A stretch of 64,000 bases of DNA from Clostridia bacterium. Its GTDB lineage: Bacteria > Bacillota > Clostridia > Oscillospirales > Acutalibacteraceae. The DNA lies in assembly GCA_024404115.1 (NCBI GenBank), contig JAKSQM010000006.1, positions 24,394 through 88,393 of the forward strand, given 5' to 3'. The position numbers and the translations under genes are program-made. The notes below the pieces were generated by a model. The model ran no database searches. It saw only the letters and a program-made list of their open reading frames with translations, and was not told where the DNA came from. Below, one piece after another: positions 19,127 through 29,706 of this stretch (position 1 is its first letter; each line of letters begins with the position of its first letter).

Positions 19127-20059
19127 GTGATTTTTATTAAAAAAAGTAAAAAATTTCTCGGCCCGATTATACTTGTAAGTGCCGCAATGATATGGGGACT
19201 TTCATTCGTTTTTCAGAAAGAAAGTATGGACATAATTGAGATGTTTACGTTCAATGCTTCACGCTGTCTTGTGGGCTCTGTTGCACTTCTTCCTGTGTTG
19301 TTTTTTATGAATAAATCTAAGAAAAATTCTTTGCCAACTACACAGGAAAAACAAAAAATTCTGACTAAAAAAGAGATAAAAGGAATTATAATTGTTGGCA
19401 CCTGCCTTTGCATTGCAGTGAATTTTCAGCAGGCGGCATTCAAATATCTTGAAACTGGCAAGATTGGATTCATCACAGCACTCTATATGATATTCGTTCC
19501 GATTTTCGGCTTATTTATGAAAAAACGCCCATCAATGATAATCTGGATAAGCGTTTTATTGGGTCTTTGCGGTATGTATCTGCTCACAACAGGCGGAAAA
19601 GCCCATTTCAGCCTTGGAAAAGGCGAAATTATAACGCTTATAGGTGCAATTTTCTTTGCGCTTCACATTATTGCCATTGATACATTCGGTGCAGACATTG
19701 ATTCGGTCAAGCTCTCCTGCGGTCAATTCTTTGTTGCAGGCGTTATCTCACTTGTGGGTATGTTCATCTTTGAGCATCCTCAGATGAACCTTATTCTGAA
19801 AGCGGCTGTGCCTATTCTTTATGCAGGCATTATGAGCAGCAGTGTTGCTTTCACTTTCCAGATTATCGGGCAGAAATATACAGAGCCAACACTGGCTTCA
19901 ATGTTCCTTTGTCTGGAGTCAGTTTTCTCCGTTCTTTTCGCTTATTTTCTTATTCCCGAACAGAAGCTTGTTGCAACAGAATACATAGGCTGTGCAGTAA
20001 TGTTTGTTGCAATTTTATTAGCACAAATTCCACCAAAATCAAAGAAAATTTCTGAATAA
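19127..20059 (+). CDS. DMT-superfamily (EamA-like) transporter
   Basis: About 10 predicted TM helices arranged as two EamA-like halves. The exact start is uncertain: the GTG at 19127 overlaps the only purine-rich stretch. Confidence 0.7.
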   Translation: MIFIKKSKKFLGPIILVSAAMIWGLSFVFQKESMDIIEMFTFNASRCLVGSVALLPVLFFMNKSKKNSLPTTQEKQKILTKKEIKGIIIVGTCLCIAVNFQQAAFKYLETGKIGFITALYMIFVPIFGLFMKKRPSMIIWISVLLGLCGMYLLTTGGKAHFSLGKGEIITLIGAIFFALHIIAIDTFGADIDSVKLSCGQFFVAGVISLVGMFIFEHPQMNLILKAAVPILYAGIMSSSVAFTFQIIGQKYTEPTLASMFLCLESVFSVLFAYFLIPEQKLVATEYIGCAVMFVAILLAQIPPKSKKISE

Positions 20060-20087
20060 AATTTCGCCAAAAATTTTCAAAAAAATA

Positions 20088-20136
20088 AAGTATGGATAAC
20101 ATAAATCTTTGTGATTTTTTATCCATACTTTTTTTA
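20088..20136. terminator. Bidirectional terminator between convergent genes
   Basis: AAGTATGGATAA-N19-TTATCCATACTT is flanked by an A-run on one side and a T-run on the other. Confidence 0.75.
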
Positions 20137-20149
20137 TTTTTTAAGATGA

Positions 20150-20791
20150 TTAAACTGTGAATTCATAGTCTGGCATCAGCGGTCTGAGATGCGAAAAATC
20201 ATTCACAAAAGAGAGCCTTTGTTTGCCGTCCGAAGTGTATTTTATTTTTGAAACGCTTGTGTTATTTATGCTCAAAATATAATTTCCCTCGCCCATTTCA
20301 ACAGCCTGCGGCAGGAAGTGATTACCAAACGAGCCGTGGGCAAAAACGATTATTTTCTGCCCGTATGTAAAGCGATTTCTGAAATACTCAATAACCTTTC
20401 TCGCTCTCTCGTCATTGTCCTTATCTTCAAGGTTATCATACATCAGTGGCATATCATTATTTTCTACAAGGTTGTCATAGTATCTCGTAAGATATTCAAT
20501 GCCCGTGCCGAAATATCCGTAGCTGGAGCCGTTCTCAATTATCTGAGGCAGTATTTCCATCTGCGGATGATTCTTTAATTTATTGCACACAGCGGCAGCG
20601 GTGCGGACGCATCTGACAAGCGGAGAAGTGAACACAGCGTCAAATTCACAGCCTTTAAAACGCTCACCAAGAAGCTCTGCCTGCTTAACACCTGTTTCTG
20701 TCAGGTTCACATCGCAGGTATCTCTCTCTTCAAAAAGAGCGTTGTTTGTTTCGCCGTGGCGGATATAAAAAATTTCAAACTTTTCTTCCAT
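20150..20791 (-). CDS. Histidine phosphatase family protein (phosphoglycerate-mutase-like)
   Basis: The RHGE catalytic motif (FYIRHGETNN) lies near the N-terminus. I place the start at the ATG at 20791 (MEEKFEIF), which has a GAGG site. The ORF-track start at 20836 lies inside the gap terminator. Confidence 0.75.
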   Translation of the reverse strand: MEEKFEIFYIRHGETNNALFEERDTCDVNLTETGVKQAELLGERFKGCEFDAVFTSPLVRCVRTAAAVCNKLKNHPQMEILPQIIENGSSYGYFGTGIEYLTRYYDNLVENNDMPLMYDNLEDKDNDERARKVIEYFRNRFTYGQKIIVFAHGSFGNHFLPQAVEMGEGNYILSINNTSVSKIKYTSDGKQRLSFVNDFSHLRPLMPDYEFTV

Positions 20792-20804
20792 AAAAACCTC
20801 TGTA

Positions 20805-20838
20805 TAAAAAAAGTGCAGTCTCAAAAGAAACTGCACTT
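20805..20838 (-). terminator. Rho-independent terminator of gap
   Basis: On the minus strand, AAGTGCAGT-N10-ACTGCACTT is followed by TTTTTTT. Confidence 0.8.
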
Positions 20839-20858
20839 AAAAATCACTTAATCAATAA

Positions 20859-21896
20859 TTATGCAAGCTCTGCAAAATACTTGATTGTACGAACCATCTG
20901 GCTTGTGTAGCTGTTCTCGTTATCATACCAAGAAACAACCTGAACCTCATAAAGATCGTCAGCAATCTTTGATACCATTGTCTGTGTAGCATCAAAGAGA
21001 GAACCGAACTTCATGCCGATAACATCAGAAGATACGATAGGATCTGTGTTGTAGCCGAAAGACTCTGAAGCAGCAGCCTTCATAGCAGCGTTGATGCCGT
21101 CAACTGTAACGTCTGCACCCTTAACAACAGCTGTAAGGATTGTTGTTGAACCTGTGGGAACAGGAACACGCTGTGCAGAACCGATAAGTTTGCCGTTAAG
21201 CTCAGGGATAACAAGGCCGATAGCCTTTGCAGCGCCTGTTGAGTTAGGAACGATGTTAGCAGCGCCAGCGCGTGCTCTTCTGAGGTCGCCCTTTCTGTGA
21301 GGACCGTCAAGGATCATCTGATCGCCTGTGTAAGCGTGGATTGTGCTCATGATACCGCTCTGGATAGGAGCATAATCGTTAAGAGCCTTTGCCATAGGAG
21401 CAAGGCAGTTTGTTGTGCAAGATGCAGCAGAAATGATCTGATCATCAGCTGTAAGAGTATCGTTGTTAACTGAGAAAACGATTGTCTTAAGGTCGTTGCC
21501 TGCGGGAGCAGAAATAACAACTTTCTTTGCACCAGCGTCAATGTGAGCCTGGCTCTTTGCCTTTGAGGTGTAGAAACCTGTGCACTCAAGAACTACGTCA
21601 ACGCCGATTTCGCCCCAGGGAAGCTCTGCTGCGTTAGCCATAGCATAGATTTTAAGAGTTTTACCGTCAACGGTGATTGTGCCTGCTTCGTCATCAGCTT
21701 CAACTGTGTGAAGGCCTTCACCCATCTTGCCGCAGAAACCGCCCTGTGCGGTATCATACTTGAGAAGGTGAGCAAGCATTGAGGGCTTTGTAAGGTCGTT
21801 GATAGCAACGATTTCATAACCGTCAGCCTCAAACATCTGTCTGAAAGCAAGACGACCTATACGGCCAAATCCGTTAATTGCAACTTTTACTGACAT
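20859..21896 (-). CDS. gap: Type I glyceraldehyde-3-phosphate dehydrogenase
   Basis: The N-terminus reads [12 protein letters not shown], the active site reads [11 protein letters not shown], and the length is 345 aa. Confidence 0.95.
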   Translation of the reverse strand: MSVKVAINGFGRIGRLAFRQMFEADGYEIVAINDLTKPSMLAHLLKYDTAQGGFCGKMGEGLHTVEADDEAGTITVDGKTLKIYAMANAAELPWGEIGVDVVLECTGFYTSKAKSQAHIDAGAKKVVISAPAGNDLKTIVFSVNNDTLTADDQIISAASCTTNCLAPMAKALNDYAPIQSGIMSTIHAYTGDQMILDGPHRKGDLRRARAGAANIVPNSTGAAKAIGLVIPELNGKLIGSAQRVPVPTGSTTILTAVVKGADVTVDGINAAMKAAASESFGYNTDPIVSSDVIGMKFGSLFDATQTMVSKIADDLYEVQVVSWYDNENSYTSQMVRTIKYFAELA

Positions 21897-21946
21897 TTGA
21901 ATTACCTCCGAATGTTTTATATTTGTTTATAATATTAACCTTATAC

Positions 21947-21974
21947 ATTTTATCACTTTTTTGCCAATTTGCAA
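21947..21974 (-). promoter_or_regulatory. Putative promoter TTGCAA-16-TAAAAT (with TG extension) for gap
   Basis: On the minus strand, TTGCAA (21974..21969) is followed 16 nt later by TGATAAAAT. Confidence 0.4.
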
Positions 21975-22106
21975 GAGATTTGTTAAAAAATTAACTCGAC
22001 TTTTTAAAATTTGGGAAATTCCACAAAAATATCATACTCATATAGCTTTATTAGCAAATTTTCACAATTAAATCAAGTATTGGCTGTGCAATTTATTTTA
22101 TTCATA

Positions 22107-22135
22107 TTGAAAGTTTTACCATTTGATTGTATAAT
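22107..22135 (+). promoter_or_regulatory. Putative sigma-A promoter TTGAAA-17-TATAAT for the rluD-like gene
   Basis: Hexamers at 22107..22112 and 22130..22135 lie about 20 nt upstream of the ribosome-binding site. Confidence 0.55.
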
Positions 22136-22156
22136 ATTCGTAAAAGAGGTGATTTC

Positions 22157-23035
22157 ATGGCAAGAAAAATCGAATACATCATAGACGAAGAGTATGACGG
22201 CAAAAAGGTCAAGAACTATTTAAGGGGAAAAGCAAAGATTTCCGCCCGCCTTATGAATTCCTTAAAGACATACGAAAACGGAATTACTCTTAACGGTGAG
22301 CATATCAGAACGATTGATACTTTAAAAGCGGGTGATGTGCTTGCGGTGAATCTGCCCGATAAATTTGGCGAAATTGAGCCCATTGAAATGCCACTTGACA
22401 TAATCTATGAGGATGATGATGTTATTGTAATCAACAAATCCCCTTTTATTGCCATGCACCCCACCCACAACCACCAAGGTGATACACTTGCCAATGCTCT
22501 TACGTATCATCTGCAAAAAGAGGGTAAACCGACCGTTTTTCGTGCTGTTGGCAGGCTCGACAAGGGGACATCAGGCGTTGTTGTATGTGCATTAAATTCA
22601 CACGCCGCTGCAAGAATCCCTGTATCTTCCGAAAAAGAATATTATGCAGTTGTAAACGGCAAAACTGACGATAGCGGCTCCATTGAAGCACCTATTTATC
22701 GCCCCGACCCAATGAAAACAATCCGTTGTGTTGACCCCCGTGGAGATTATGCGCTGACACATTATAAAAAAATCAAGGGCAACGATAAATATTCGCTGGT
22801 GCAGGTGAGGATTGAAACTGGCAGAACACATCAGATAAGGGTGCATTTCGCCTCCCTCGGTATGCCCCTTGTGGGCGACAGCCTTTACGGAGAGGACGAA
22901 TTTTCTTTCGGGCATCAATTCCTCCATTGCAAAAAAGTCAGCTTCATACACCCCGTTACAGGCGAAAATATGACATTTGAGGCAGATCTTCCAAATGATG
23001 TAAAACAATTTATAAATAACAATTTATGTGAATAA
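22157..23035 (+). CDS. RluA-family 23S rRNA pseudouridine synthase (RluD-like, with an S4 domain)
   Basis: Motifs GRLDKGTSGVVVCA and GRTHQIRVH are present. I place the start at 22157 (MARKIEY), which follows AGAGGTG. Confidence 0.85.
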   Translation: MARKIEYIIDEEYDGKKVKNYLRGKAKISARLMNSLKTYENGITLNGEHIRTIDTLKAGDVLAVNLPDKFGEIEPIEMPLDIIYEDDDVIVINKSPFIAMHPTHNHQGDTLANALTYHLQKEGKPTVFRAVGRLDKGTSGVVVCALNSHAAARIPVSSEKEYYAVVNGKTDDSGSIEAPIYRPDPMKTIRCVDPRGDYALTHYKKIKGNDKYSLVQVRIETGRTHQIRVHFASLGMPLVGDSLYGEDEFSFGHQFLHCKKVSFIHPVTGENMTFEADLPNDVKQFINNNLCE

Positions 23036-23058
23036 CATTCACATTCAACACAAAAAAG

Positions 23059-23100
23059 TAATGGTTATGAGAGCATTTCACTTTCATAACCATTTTTTTA
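23059..23100. terminator. Bidirectional terminator between the rluD-like gene and parB
   Basis: AATGGTTATGA-N13-TCATAACCATT has A-runs and T-runs on both sides. Confidence 0.75.
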
Positions 23101-23101
23101 A

Positions 23102-23947
23102 TCAATCTTTATTAAATTCTCTTGCAATTGCTGAAAGGTCGTCTTTATCAAAGAACTGAATCTCAATTGTTTTCTTTGCTTCGTTGACCTTAATCTTTCT
23201 GCCTGTGCTCTTGCCGAGGGCAAGCTCAACCTCATCAAAGAAGTTATCTCTCTTCTTTTTAGCTTTAACCTGAGGTTCGCTTTTCTGAGCCTTTGCGATT
23301 CTTTCGATTTCACGAACAGAAAATCCGTTTTTAATAATCAGCTTGCAGATTTCAAGCATCTTTGCTTCATCATCAAATGCAAGGAGCGCACGGGCATGAC
23401 CCGGGGAAACTTGTCTGCTTTCAACCAAATCAAGTACAGACTGTGGAAGATTTAATAATCTTAAAGCGTTTGCAACAGCAGGGCGGGATTTGCCAACCTT
23501 CTGTGCCGCCTCTTCCTGTGTGATAGAGAGCTTCTCCATCATATACTTATAACCGAGAGCTTCTTCAAGCGGATTCAAATCCTCTCTCTGAAGATTCTCA
23601 ACCATAGCAAGCTCAACTGTTTCGCTGTCTGTAAGCTCCTTGATAACAACAGGAACTTCTGTTAAGCCTGCCATTCTTGCGGCTCTCCAGCGGCGCTCAC
23701 CTGCTACAAGCTGATAGCCACCGTCTTTTATCGGTCTGACGAGCAAAGGCTGAATAATGCCGTGCTGTGCAATGCTCTCTGAAAGCTCAGCAAGTGCGTC
23801 ATCCTCAAAGAGCTTTCTTGGCTGCTCTCTGTTTGGCTCGATTTCCATTATCTTTAATTTAACAGGCATTGATGATGACTCTTCAACGGAATTATCCATA
23901 AAAAGTGCGTCAAGACCTCTGCCTAATCCGCTTTTTTTAGCTGCCAT
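23102..23947 (-). CDS. parB: Chromosome partitioning protein ParB/Spo0J
   Basis: The ParB box reads GERRWRAA, with an HTH region following. The gene sits immediately downstream of parA. Confidence 0.9.
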   Translation of the reverse strand: MAAKKSGLGRGLDALFMDNSVEESSSMPVKLKIMEIEPNREQPRKLFEDDALAELSESIAQHGIIQPLLVRPIKDGGYQLVAGERRWRAARMAGLTEVPVVIKELTDSETVELAMVENLQREDLNPLEEALGYKYMMEKLSITQEEAAQKVGKSRPAVANALRLLNLPQSVLDLVESRQVSPGHARALLAFDDEAKMLEICKLIIKNGFSVREIERIAKAQKSEPQVKAKKKRDNFFDEVELALGKSTGRKIKVNEAKKTIEIQFFDKDDLSAIAREFNKD

Positions 23948-23959
23948 ATTTTTAACTCC

Positions 23960-24721
23960 TTAGTTTTTCTTCAAAAATTCTTTTGCAACTTTCATATAAG
24001 CCTCTGCGCCCTTTGAACGCTTATCATAATACATAACAGGCTGACCGTAGCTTGGAGCTTCTGAAAGCTTAACATTTCTTGGAATAGGTGTTGAATATAC
24101 CTTTTTAGGGAAGAATCTTTTTAACTCTTCAACGACCTGACTTGTGAGGTTAAGTCTGCCGTCATACATCGTGAGCAGAACGCCCTCAATTTCAAGCAAA
24201 GGATTATAAAGACGTTTAACCTGGCGGACAGTTGAAATAAGCTGTGAAAGGCCCTCAAGGGCATAATATTCGCACTGAATGGGGATAAACACAGTGTCAG
24301 CGGCGCAAAGTCCGTTAAGTGTGATAAGTCCCAGTGATGGCGGACAATCAAGGAAAATAAAGTCATAATCATTCTTCACAAGTGCAAGAGCATTCTTTAA
24401 GTTACTTTCACGCTTGGCAGAGTCAACAAGTTCAATTTCTGCGCCTGCAAGGTTCATATTTGCAGGGAGGATTGAAACGCCCTCAAACTCAGTTTTCTTG
24501 ATAACTTCTTTTGCGGCAGTGCCGTTTATAATAACATCATAGGATGATTGAAGAAGCTCTTTTTTGTTAAGTCCAAGTCCGCTGGTTGCGTTACCCTGCG
24601 GGTCAATATCAACAAGAAGAACTCTTTTGCCCCTTAAACCCACTGCGGCGGCAAGATTGACAGCTGATGTAGTTTTGCCTACACCGCCTTTCTGATTTAC
24701 GACCGCTATAGTTTTTGCCAT
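23960..24721 (-). CDS. parA: Chromosome partitioning ATPase ParA/Soj
   Basis: The deviant Walker A KGGVGKTT follows MAKTIAVVNQ. I prefer the start at 24721, the position conserved in ParA proteins. Confidence 0.9.
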   Translation of the reverse strand: MAKTIAVVNQKGGVGKTTSAVNLAAAVGLRGKRVLLVDIDPQGNATSGLGLNKKELLQSSYDVIINGTAAKEVIKKTEFEGVSILPANMNLAGAEIELVDSAKRESNLKNALALVKNDYDFIFLDCPPSLGLITLNGLCAADTVFIPIQCEYYALEGLSQLISTVRQVKRLYNPLLEIEGVLLTMYDGRLNLTSQVVEELKRFFPKKVYSTPIPRNVKLSEAPSYGQPVMYYDKRSKGAEAYMKVAKEFLKKN

Positions 24722-24772
24722 ATATATCAAGTCCTTTATTTTCAAATTCTTGTCTATTATACATTCAGCTGT

Positions 24773-25618
24773 TTATTTTGTCAATGTTTCACGTGAAACA
24801 TCTCTTTTATTTATTCTCACAATATATTCTGTGTAAGTTTCTGTTTCTTTGTGGAACGAATTTGCATCGATTCCACTGTTGCGCATTGTCATCACCGCAT
24901 GGTCAAGAGTGTTTATAAAAAGCTGAATATCCTTGAAAACCTTAATACTGTGTCGCCTGCTCTGCGGTTTATCTTCTTTTTTAGGGTGTTCTTCCAAAAG
25001 TCTGGTTACAAGCATCTCTGTTTCGGCAACATTCAGATTATTTTCAATAACCGCATCCACAACTTCATTCATAATGTTGGTTTCGGGCAAACGAATAATT
25101 GCCCTTGCATGCCTTTCAGTTAAGCCGTGTGAAATTATCTTTTTTTGAAGCTCATCGGGCAATCGGAGCAAACGAAGCTTGTTTGATATGGCAGAAGTGG
25201 ATTTGCCAAGCTTTTTTGCTATTTTTTCACGATTCATGCCAAAGTTATGGTTGAGCCGTTCTATGGCTTTCGCCTCCTCAAAAAAGTTAAGGTCTTTTCT
25301 TTGCAGATTTTCAATCACAGCGTAAATGGCAGACTTCTCCTCGCTGACATTCACAACAATTGCAGGGATTTCGGGCAAGCCTGCCATTTTAGAAGCTTTG
25401 AGCCTGCGCTCCCCTGCCACCAACTCATACTGCCCCTCGCAGACCTGCCGCACAGTTACAGGCTGCAAAAGACCGTTTTGATAAATGCTTTGCGCCAGCT
25501 CCTCAAGGTCATTCCAATCAAAAACCTTTCTCGGCTGATACGGATTCGGCTGAATATCATTCACAGGGATTCTGATAATCTCACCGCACCGCTTTGACTT
25601 CTCGCTGAACTTAACCAT
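24773..25618 (-). CDS. noc: ParB-family paralogue in the Noc position (nucleoid-occlusion-like)
   Basis: It carries a ParB N-terminal domain (GERRLKASKMAGL). It sits between rsmG and parA, as noc does in Bacillus. Noc function itself is inferred from synteny only. Confidence 0.65.
   Translation of the reverse strand: MVKFSEKSKRCGEIIRIPVNDIQPNPYQPRKVFDWNDLEELAQSIYQNGLLQPVTVRQVCEGQYELVAGERRLKASKMAGLPEIPAIVVNVSEEKSAIYAVIENLQRKDLNFFEEAKAIERLNHNFGMNREKIAKKLGKSTSAISNKLRLLRLPDELQKKIISHGLTERHARAIIRLPETNIMNEVVDAVIENNLNVAETEMLVTRLLEEHPKKEDKPQSRRHSIKVFKDIQLFINTLDHAVMTMRNSGIDANSFHKETETYTEYIVRINKRDVSRETLTK
24785..24800. promoter_or_regulatory. Perfect parS site TGTTTCACGTGAAACA
   Basis: A 16-nt palindrome identical to the Firmicutes parS consensus. 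It lies inside the 3-prime end of the noc-like gene and encodes ..VSRET... Confidence 0.85.
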
Positions 25619-25647
25619 AATACCACCCTTTCAAAAGCCATTAAGGC

Positions 25648-25686
25648 AAAATAAAACACCGTATGATTTAAAATTATCACACGGTG
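25648..25686 (-). terminator. Rho-independent terminator after rsmG
   Basis: On the minus strand, CACCGTGTGAT-N8-ATCATACGGTG is followed by TTTTATTTT. Confidence 0.7.
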
Positions 25687-25745
25687 CGGTACTTGTCCAG
25701 CTTTTTTCATCGGGCAGATTCTACTGCAAACAAGATAATATTTTA

Positions 25746-26459
25746 TTATTCGAGCGGCTTTTTTGCGATTTGTGCCGATGCCCTTGGATATTTTGGCGGA
25801 GTTTGCGATATTTTTTTAACGCAAATAATAGTTCTTTCGCCACAATCCTCAACAACAAATTCTTTTGCAGATACCGCCTTGCCGCCAAGGAGCTTAATTG
25901 CCCCCTTTGCAGAGTCCAGCTCCTGCGCTGCTTTTGCGCCTTTCATTGCGGCAAAAATACCGCCCTGCTTCAAAAACGGAATACAATACTCGCTGAGCAC
26001 GTTCATATTGGCAACAGCTCTTGCGGTGGCAAAATCGAACTTTTCTCTATAATCCTTGTTTTTACCTGCTTCCTCGGCACGGATGTGAACAACCTCCGCA
26101 TTAAGTCCGAGCGTATCAATAACCGACTGAACAAACACAAGTCGCTTTTTTGTAGAATCCATAAGCGTCATTTTAAGGTCGGGTCTTGCAATAAGAATAA
26201 CCACACCAGGGAAGCCTGCGCCTGTTCCAACATCTGCAACCTTTGCATTTTTAGGGAAATCCACCTCACTGAGAAGTGAAAGACAATCTGCAAAATGCTT
26301 ACTTACAATTTCGTCAGGCTCTGTTATGGCTGTGAGGTTAAGAGTTTTGTTTGTTTCAACAAGCATTTCTGCATATTTATCAAACCTGTCAAGGGCTGTT
26401 TCGTCAAGCTCAACACCAACATTTTTGGCGGCAGAATAAAGCTTTTCTTTATTTATCAT
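25746..26459 (-). CDS. rsmG: 16S rRNA (guanine527-N7)-methyltransferase RsmG (GidB)
   Basis: The SAM-binding motif reads [10 protein letters not shown], the length is 237 aa, and the start overlaps the mnmG stop by 4 nt. Confidence 0.9.
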   Translation of the reverse strand: MINKEKLYSAAKNVGVELDETALDRFDKYAEMLVETNKTLNLTAITEPDEIVSKHFADCLSLLSEVDFPKNAKVADVGTGAGFPGVVILIARPDLKMTLMDSTKKRLVFVQSVIDTLGLNAEVVHIRAEEAGKNKDYREKFDFATARAVANMNVLSEYCIPFLKQGGIFAAMKGAKAAQELDSAKGAIKLLGGKAVSAKEFVVEDCGERTIICVKKISQTPPKYPRASAQIAKKPLE

Positions 26460-28330
26460 CTTAACCCCTCCTTTTCAAGATATATAAGCAAAACAGAAAT
26501 GTCCGCAGGGCTGACGCCAGAAATTCGTGAAGCCTGCCCCACATTCTTTGGTTTTATCTTAGAAAGCTTCTCCCTTGCTTCAAGGCGAAGCCCGATAATG
26601 CTGTTATAATCAATATCGGCAGGAAGCTTTTTCACTTCAAGGCGATGCATTTCTGCAACCTGTGCCTTTTGCCTTTTAATATATCCCTCGTATTTTATGT
26701 CAATTTCAACCTGCTCAAAGATTTCATATGGCAAATCGGGTCGCTCCGTGTCAAACTCTTCAAGCAAATCATAATTGAGCTGAGGTCTTTTTATAAGTTC
26801 AGCAAGTTTAACACCGCTGACAATTGGTGATGTTTCACGTGAAACAAGCATATCATTAAGTTTATCAGATGGCGAAACAACCGCCTTTTCAACTCTTTTG
26901 CGTTCTTCTGCGATAAGCTCAATCTTTTTTTTATACTTTTCAAAGCGTTCGTCGCTGATAAGTCCAATCTCATGACCCAACGGTGTCAGACGGCGGTCAG
27001 CGTTATCCTGCCTTAAAATAAGGCGGTATTCTGAACGGGAGGTCATCATTCTGTAAGGGTCAGAGCATCCCTTTGTAACAAGGTCATCAACAAGTGTGCC
27101 GATATAAGACTGAGCACGGTCAAATATAACTGGCTCTTTGCCCTGCACCTTTCTTGCAGCGTTGATACCTGCAACAAGACCCTGTGCGGCGGCTTCTTCA
27201 TATCCGCTTGAGCCGTTGAACTGACCTGCACCAAAAAGTCCGCTGAAATCTTTAAATTCAAGTGAAGCGTCAAGAGCAAGCGGGTCAACGCAGTCATATT
27301 CAATAGCGTATGCCGTTCTCATCATCTGCGCATTTTCAAGACCGGGGATGGTGTGCATAAACTCTAACTGAACATCCTCAGGCAAAGATGATGACAAACC
27401 CTGAAGATACATTTCCTCTGTGTTATATCCGCAAGGCTCAACAAAAATCTGATGACGCTCCTTTTCGTGGAATCGAACTATTTTATCTTCAATGCTGGGG
27501 CAATAGCGTGGGCCTTTGCCGTCAATCTTTCCGCCATAAAGCGGTGAGCGGTGAAGATTATCAAGAATAACCTTTTTTGTGCGCTCATTTGTGTATGTAA
27601 CATAGCAGCACATTTTATTTTGAATATCAATGTTATTATCAAAAGAGAACGGCACAATTCTCTCATCGCCATGCTGTTCTTCAAGAATTTCAGCATTAAC
27701 GCTTCTTCTGTTTACCCTTGCAGGTGTGCCAGTTTTGAATCTGCGTGTGGGAACACCCATTTCTTTAAGTGCAACGGCAAGTCCTCTTGCAGGGAACATA
27801 CCGTCGGGACCGCTTTCATAAGAAACATCACCAACATAAACCTTGCTTGCAAGGAATGTGCCTGTGGCAAGAATAACGCACTCTGCCTCATAAACAGCCT
27901 CAAGATTGGTGCGAAGCTTCCAAAGTCCGTTTTCGCACTTTTCAATATTCACAATCTCGCACTGGCGAAGCTCAAGGTTTTCCTGCTGTTCCAGCACCTT
28001 TTTCATATATTCTGAATAAGGGCGGCGGTCAATCTGTGCCCTTAATGAATGAACCGCAGGACCTTTACCCAAATTAAGAATACGGCTCTGGAGGGTGTTG
28101 GCATCTGCCGCCTTGCCCATTTCGCCGCCAAGAGCGTCAATTTCTCTTACAAGATGACCTTTTGATGTTCCGCCAATTGACGGGTTGCAGGGCATATTGC
28201 CAACCCAATCAAGATTTATTGTAAACACAGCAGTGTCGCACCCAAGGCGTGCTGAAGCAAGGCCAGCCTCAATTCCTGCATGACCTGCGCCGATAACTGC
28301 TACCTGATATTTTTTTGCAAAATATTCCAT
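26456..28330 (-). CDS. mnmG: tRNA uridine-5-carboxymethylaminomethyl synthesis enzyme MnmG (GidA)
   Basis: The FAD motif reads VIGAGHAG, the length is 624 aa, and the sequence reads as typical GidA throughout. Confidence 0.95.
   Translation of the reverse strand: MEYFAKKYQVAVIGAGHAGIEAGLASARLGCDTAVFTINLDWVGNMPCNPSIGGTSKGHLVREIDALGGEMGKAADANTLQSRILNLGKGPAVHSLRAQIDRRPYSEYMKKVLEQQENLELRQCEIVNIEKCENGLWKLRTNLEAVYEAECVILATGTFLASKVYVGDVSYESGPDGMFPARGLAVALKEMGVPTRRFKTGTPARVNRRSVNAEILEEQHGDERIVPFSFDNNIDIQNKMCCYVTYTNERTKKVILDNLHRSPLYGGKIDGKGPRYCPSIEDKIVRFHEKERHQIFVEPCGYNTEEMYLQGLSSSLPEDVQLEFMHTIPGLENAQMMRTAYAIEYDCVDPLALDASLEFKDFSGLFGAGQFNGSSGYEEAAAQGLVAGINAARKVQGKEPVIFDRAQSYIGTLVDDLVTKGCSDPYRMMTSRSEYRLILRQDNADRRLTPLGHEIGLISDERFEKYKKKIELIAEERKRVEKAVVSPSDKLNDMLVSRETSPIVSGVKLAELIKRPQLNYDLLEEFDTERPDLPYEIFEQVEIDIKYEGYIKRQKAQVAEMHRLEVKKLPADIDYNSIIGLRLEAREKLSKIKPKNVGQASRISGVSPADISVLLIYLEKEGLR
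26831..26846. promoter_or_regulatory. Second perfect parS site TGTTTCACGTGAAACA
   Basis: The same 16-mer lies inside mnmG, again encoding VSRET. Confidence 0.85.
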
Positions 28331-28331
28331 A

Positions 28332-29705
28332 TTATTTTCCTACACAAAAATTACTGAATACCTTATCTACAACTGCCTGTGATGCTTTTTTGCCTGTAAG
28401 CTCCAAAAGAGCCGACACAGCATCATCAATGCAGACCCCTGCCGCATCAAGCGTTACGCCTGCGCTTAATGCAAACTCTGCCTCTTTAAGTGAATCAAGC
28501 GCCTTAATGCAGCACTGCCTTTGCCTTTCGTTGGCAAGCATAGCGGCATTCGGGTCAAAATTCTTTGTGCCAAGCAAAGTTGTAACTCTGTCTTTAAGCT
28601 CCTGCAAGCCAGTGCCGTCCTTTGCGCTCATCTCAACAGCTTCACCTAAAGCAGAGGTTATATAATCTTTATCAATCCTGCAAGCCGTATCATTCTTATT
28701 AAGAATGGGGATAACAGGCTTGTTTTTGCAAAGCTCAATTAAATCCTTGTCCTCTTTAGTCAGCTCATCGCCTGAATCAAACACTGCAAGGACAATGGCA
28801 CTTCTGCGGATTTTCTCTCGGCTGCGCTCAATGCCAAGCATTTCAACTGTATCACCAGTGTCTCTGATGCCTGCCGTATCTGAAAGGCGAAGAATACAAC
28901 CGTCAATATTTACGGTTTCCTCAACAACATCTCTCGTTGTTCCCTTAACATCAGTAACAATGGAACGGTCGTAGCCAGTGAGCAAATTCATAATTGTGGA
29001 TTTGCCTGCGTTTGGCTTGCCGATAATTGCCGCATCAACACCTGTTGTAACAGCCATTCCGCTATCAAATTTATCAAGAAGCGATTGCAGTTCGCTCTGC
29101 GCCTGCTTCAAAGAAACAATAATTTCGTCCTCGTTTATTTCTTCAATCTCTTCGTCGGGGTAATCCACCCAAGCGGAGATGTGTGCGCATATTTCTAAAA
29201 GAGAATTATTTATTTCATCTGTCTTTCTGCTCAAAGAGCCTTCAAGGATATTAAGTGAAGCACTTAACCCCTGCTCGCCCTGCGAATTGATAACAGACAT
29301 AATTCCCTCTGCGCCAGACAAATCAATTTTGCCGTTAAGGAAAGCTCGCTTTGAAAATTCGCCAGCCTCAGCAGGCACAGCACCGCAATCAAGAATAACA
29401 CGCAGAACCTTTTGCATTACGAATGTTCCGCCGTGGCAGGTGATTTCTACAACATCCTCGCCTGTGAAGCTGTGGGGAGCTTTAAATACAAGACAAACAG
29501 CCTCGTCAACAGGCTGTTTTTTGTCATAAATCTTACCGTATAACGCAGAGTATCCGCTAAGCTGAGAAAGCTTTTTGCCTTTGGCAGATACAAATGCTTT
29601 GTCGCAAATTTCTATGGCTTCTGCACCCGAAACACGCAGGGTGGCTATTCCGCCAACGCCAGCGGGGGTTGCAATTGCCGCAATTGTCTTTTCGTTATGA
29701 GTCAT
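28332..29705 (-). CDS. mnmE: tRNA modification GTPase MnmE (TrmE)
   Basis: The G-domain reads GKPNAGKST ... DTAG, and the C-terminus ends in FCVGK. There is a 1-nt gap to mnmG. Confidence 0.95.
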   Translation of the reverse strand: MTHNEKTIAAIATPAGVGGIATLRVSGAEAIEICDKAFVSAKGKKLSQLSGYSALYGKIYDKKQPVDEAVCLVFKAPHSFTGEDVVEITCHGGTFVMQKVLRVILDCGAVPAEAGEFSKRAFLNGKIDLSGAEGIMSVINSQGEQGLSASLNILEGSLSRKTDEINNSLLEICAHISAWVDYPDEEIEEINEDEIIVSLKQAQSELQSLLDKFDSGMAVTTGVDAAIIGKPNAGKSTIMNLLTGYDRSIVTDVKGTTRDVVEETVNIDGCILRLSDTAGIRDTGDTVEMLGIERSREKIRRSAIVLAVFDSGDELTKEDKDLIELCKNKPVIPILNKNDTACRIDKDYITSALGEAVEMSAKDGTGLQELKDRVTTLLGTKNFDPNAAMLANERQRQCCIKALDSLKEAEFALSAGVTLDAAGVCIDDAVSALLELTGKKASQAVVDKVFSNFCVGK

Positions 29706-29706
29706 A

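Noticed and set aside
23395-23415. Possible Noc-binding site at the CCCGGGG-containing sequence (also near 53505).
   Set aside because: Neither sequence matches the ATTTCCCGGGAAAT palindrome beyond the CCCGGG core. Both lie in coding sequence and are compatible with chance.
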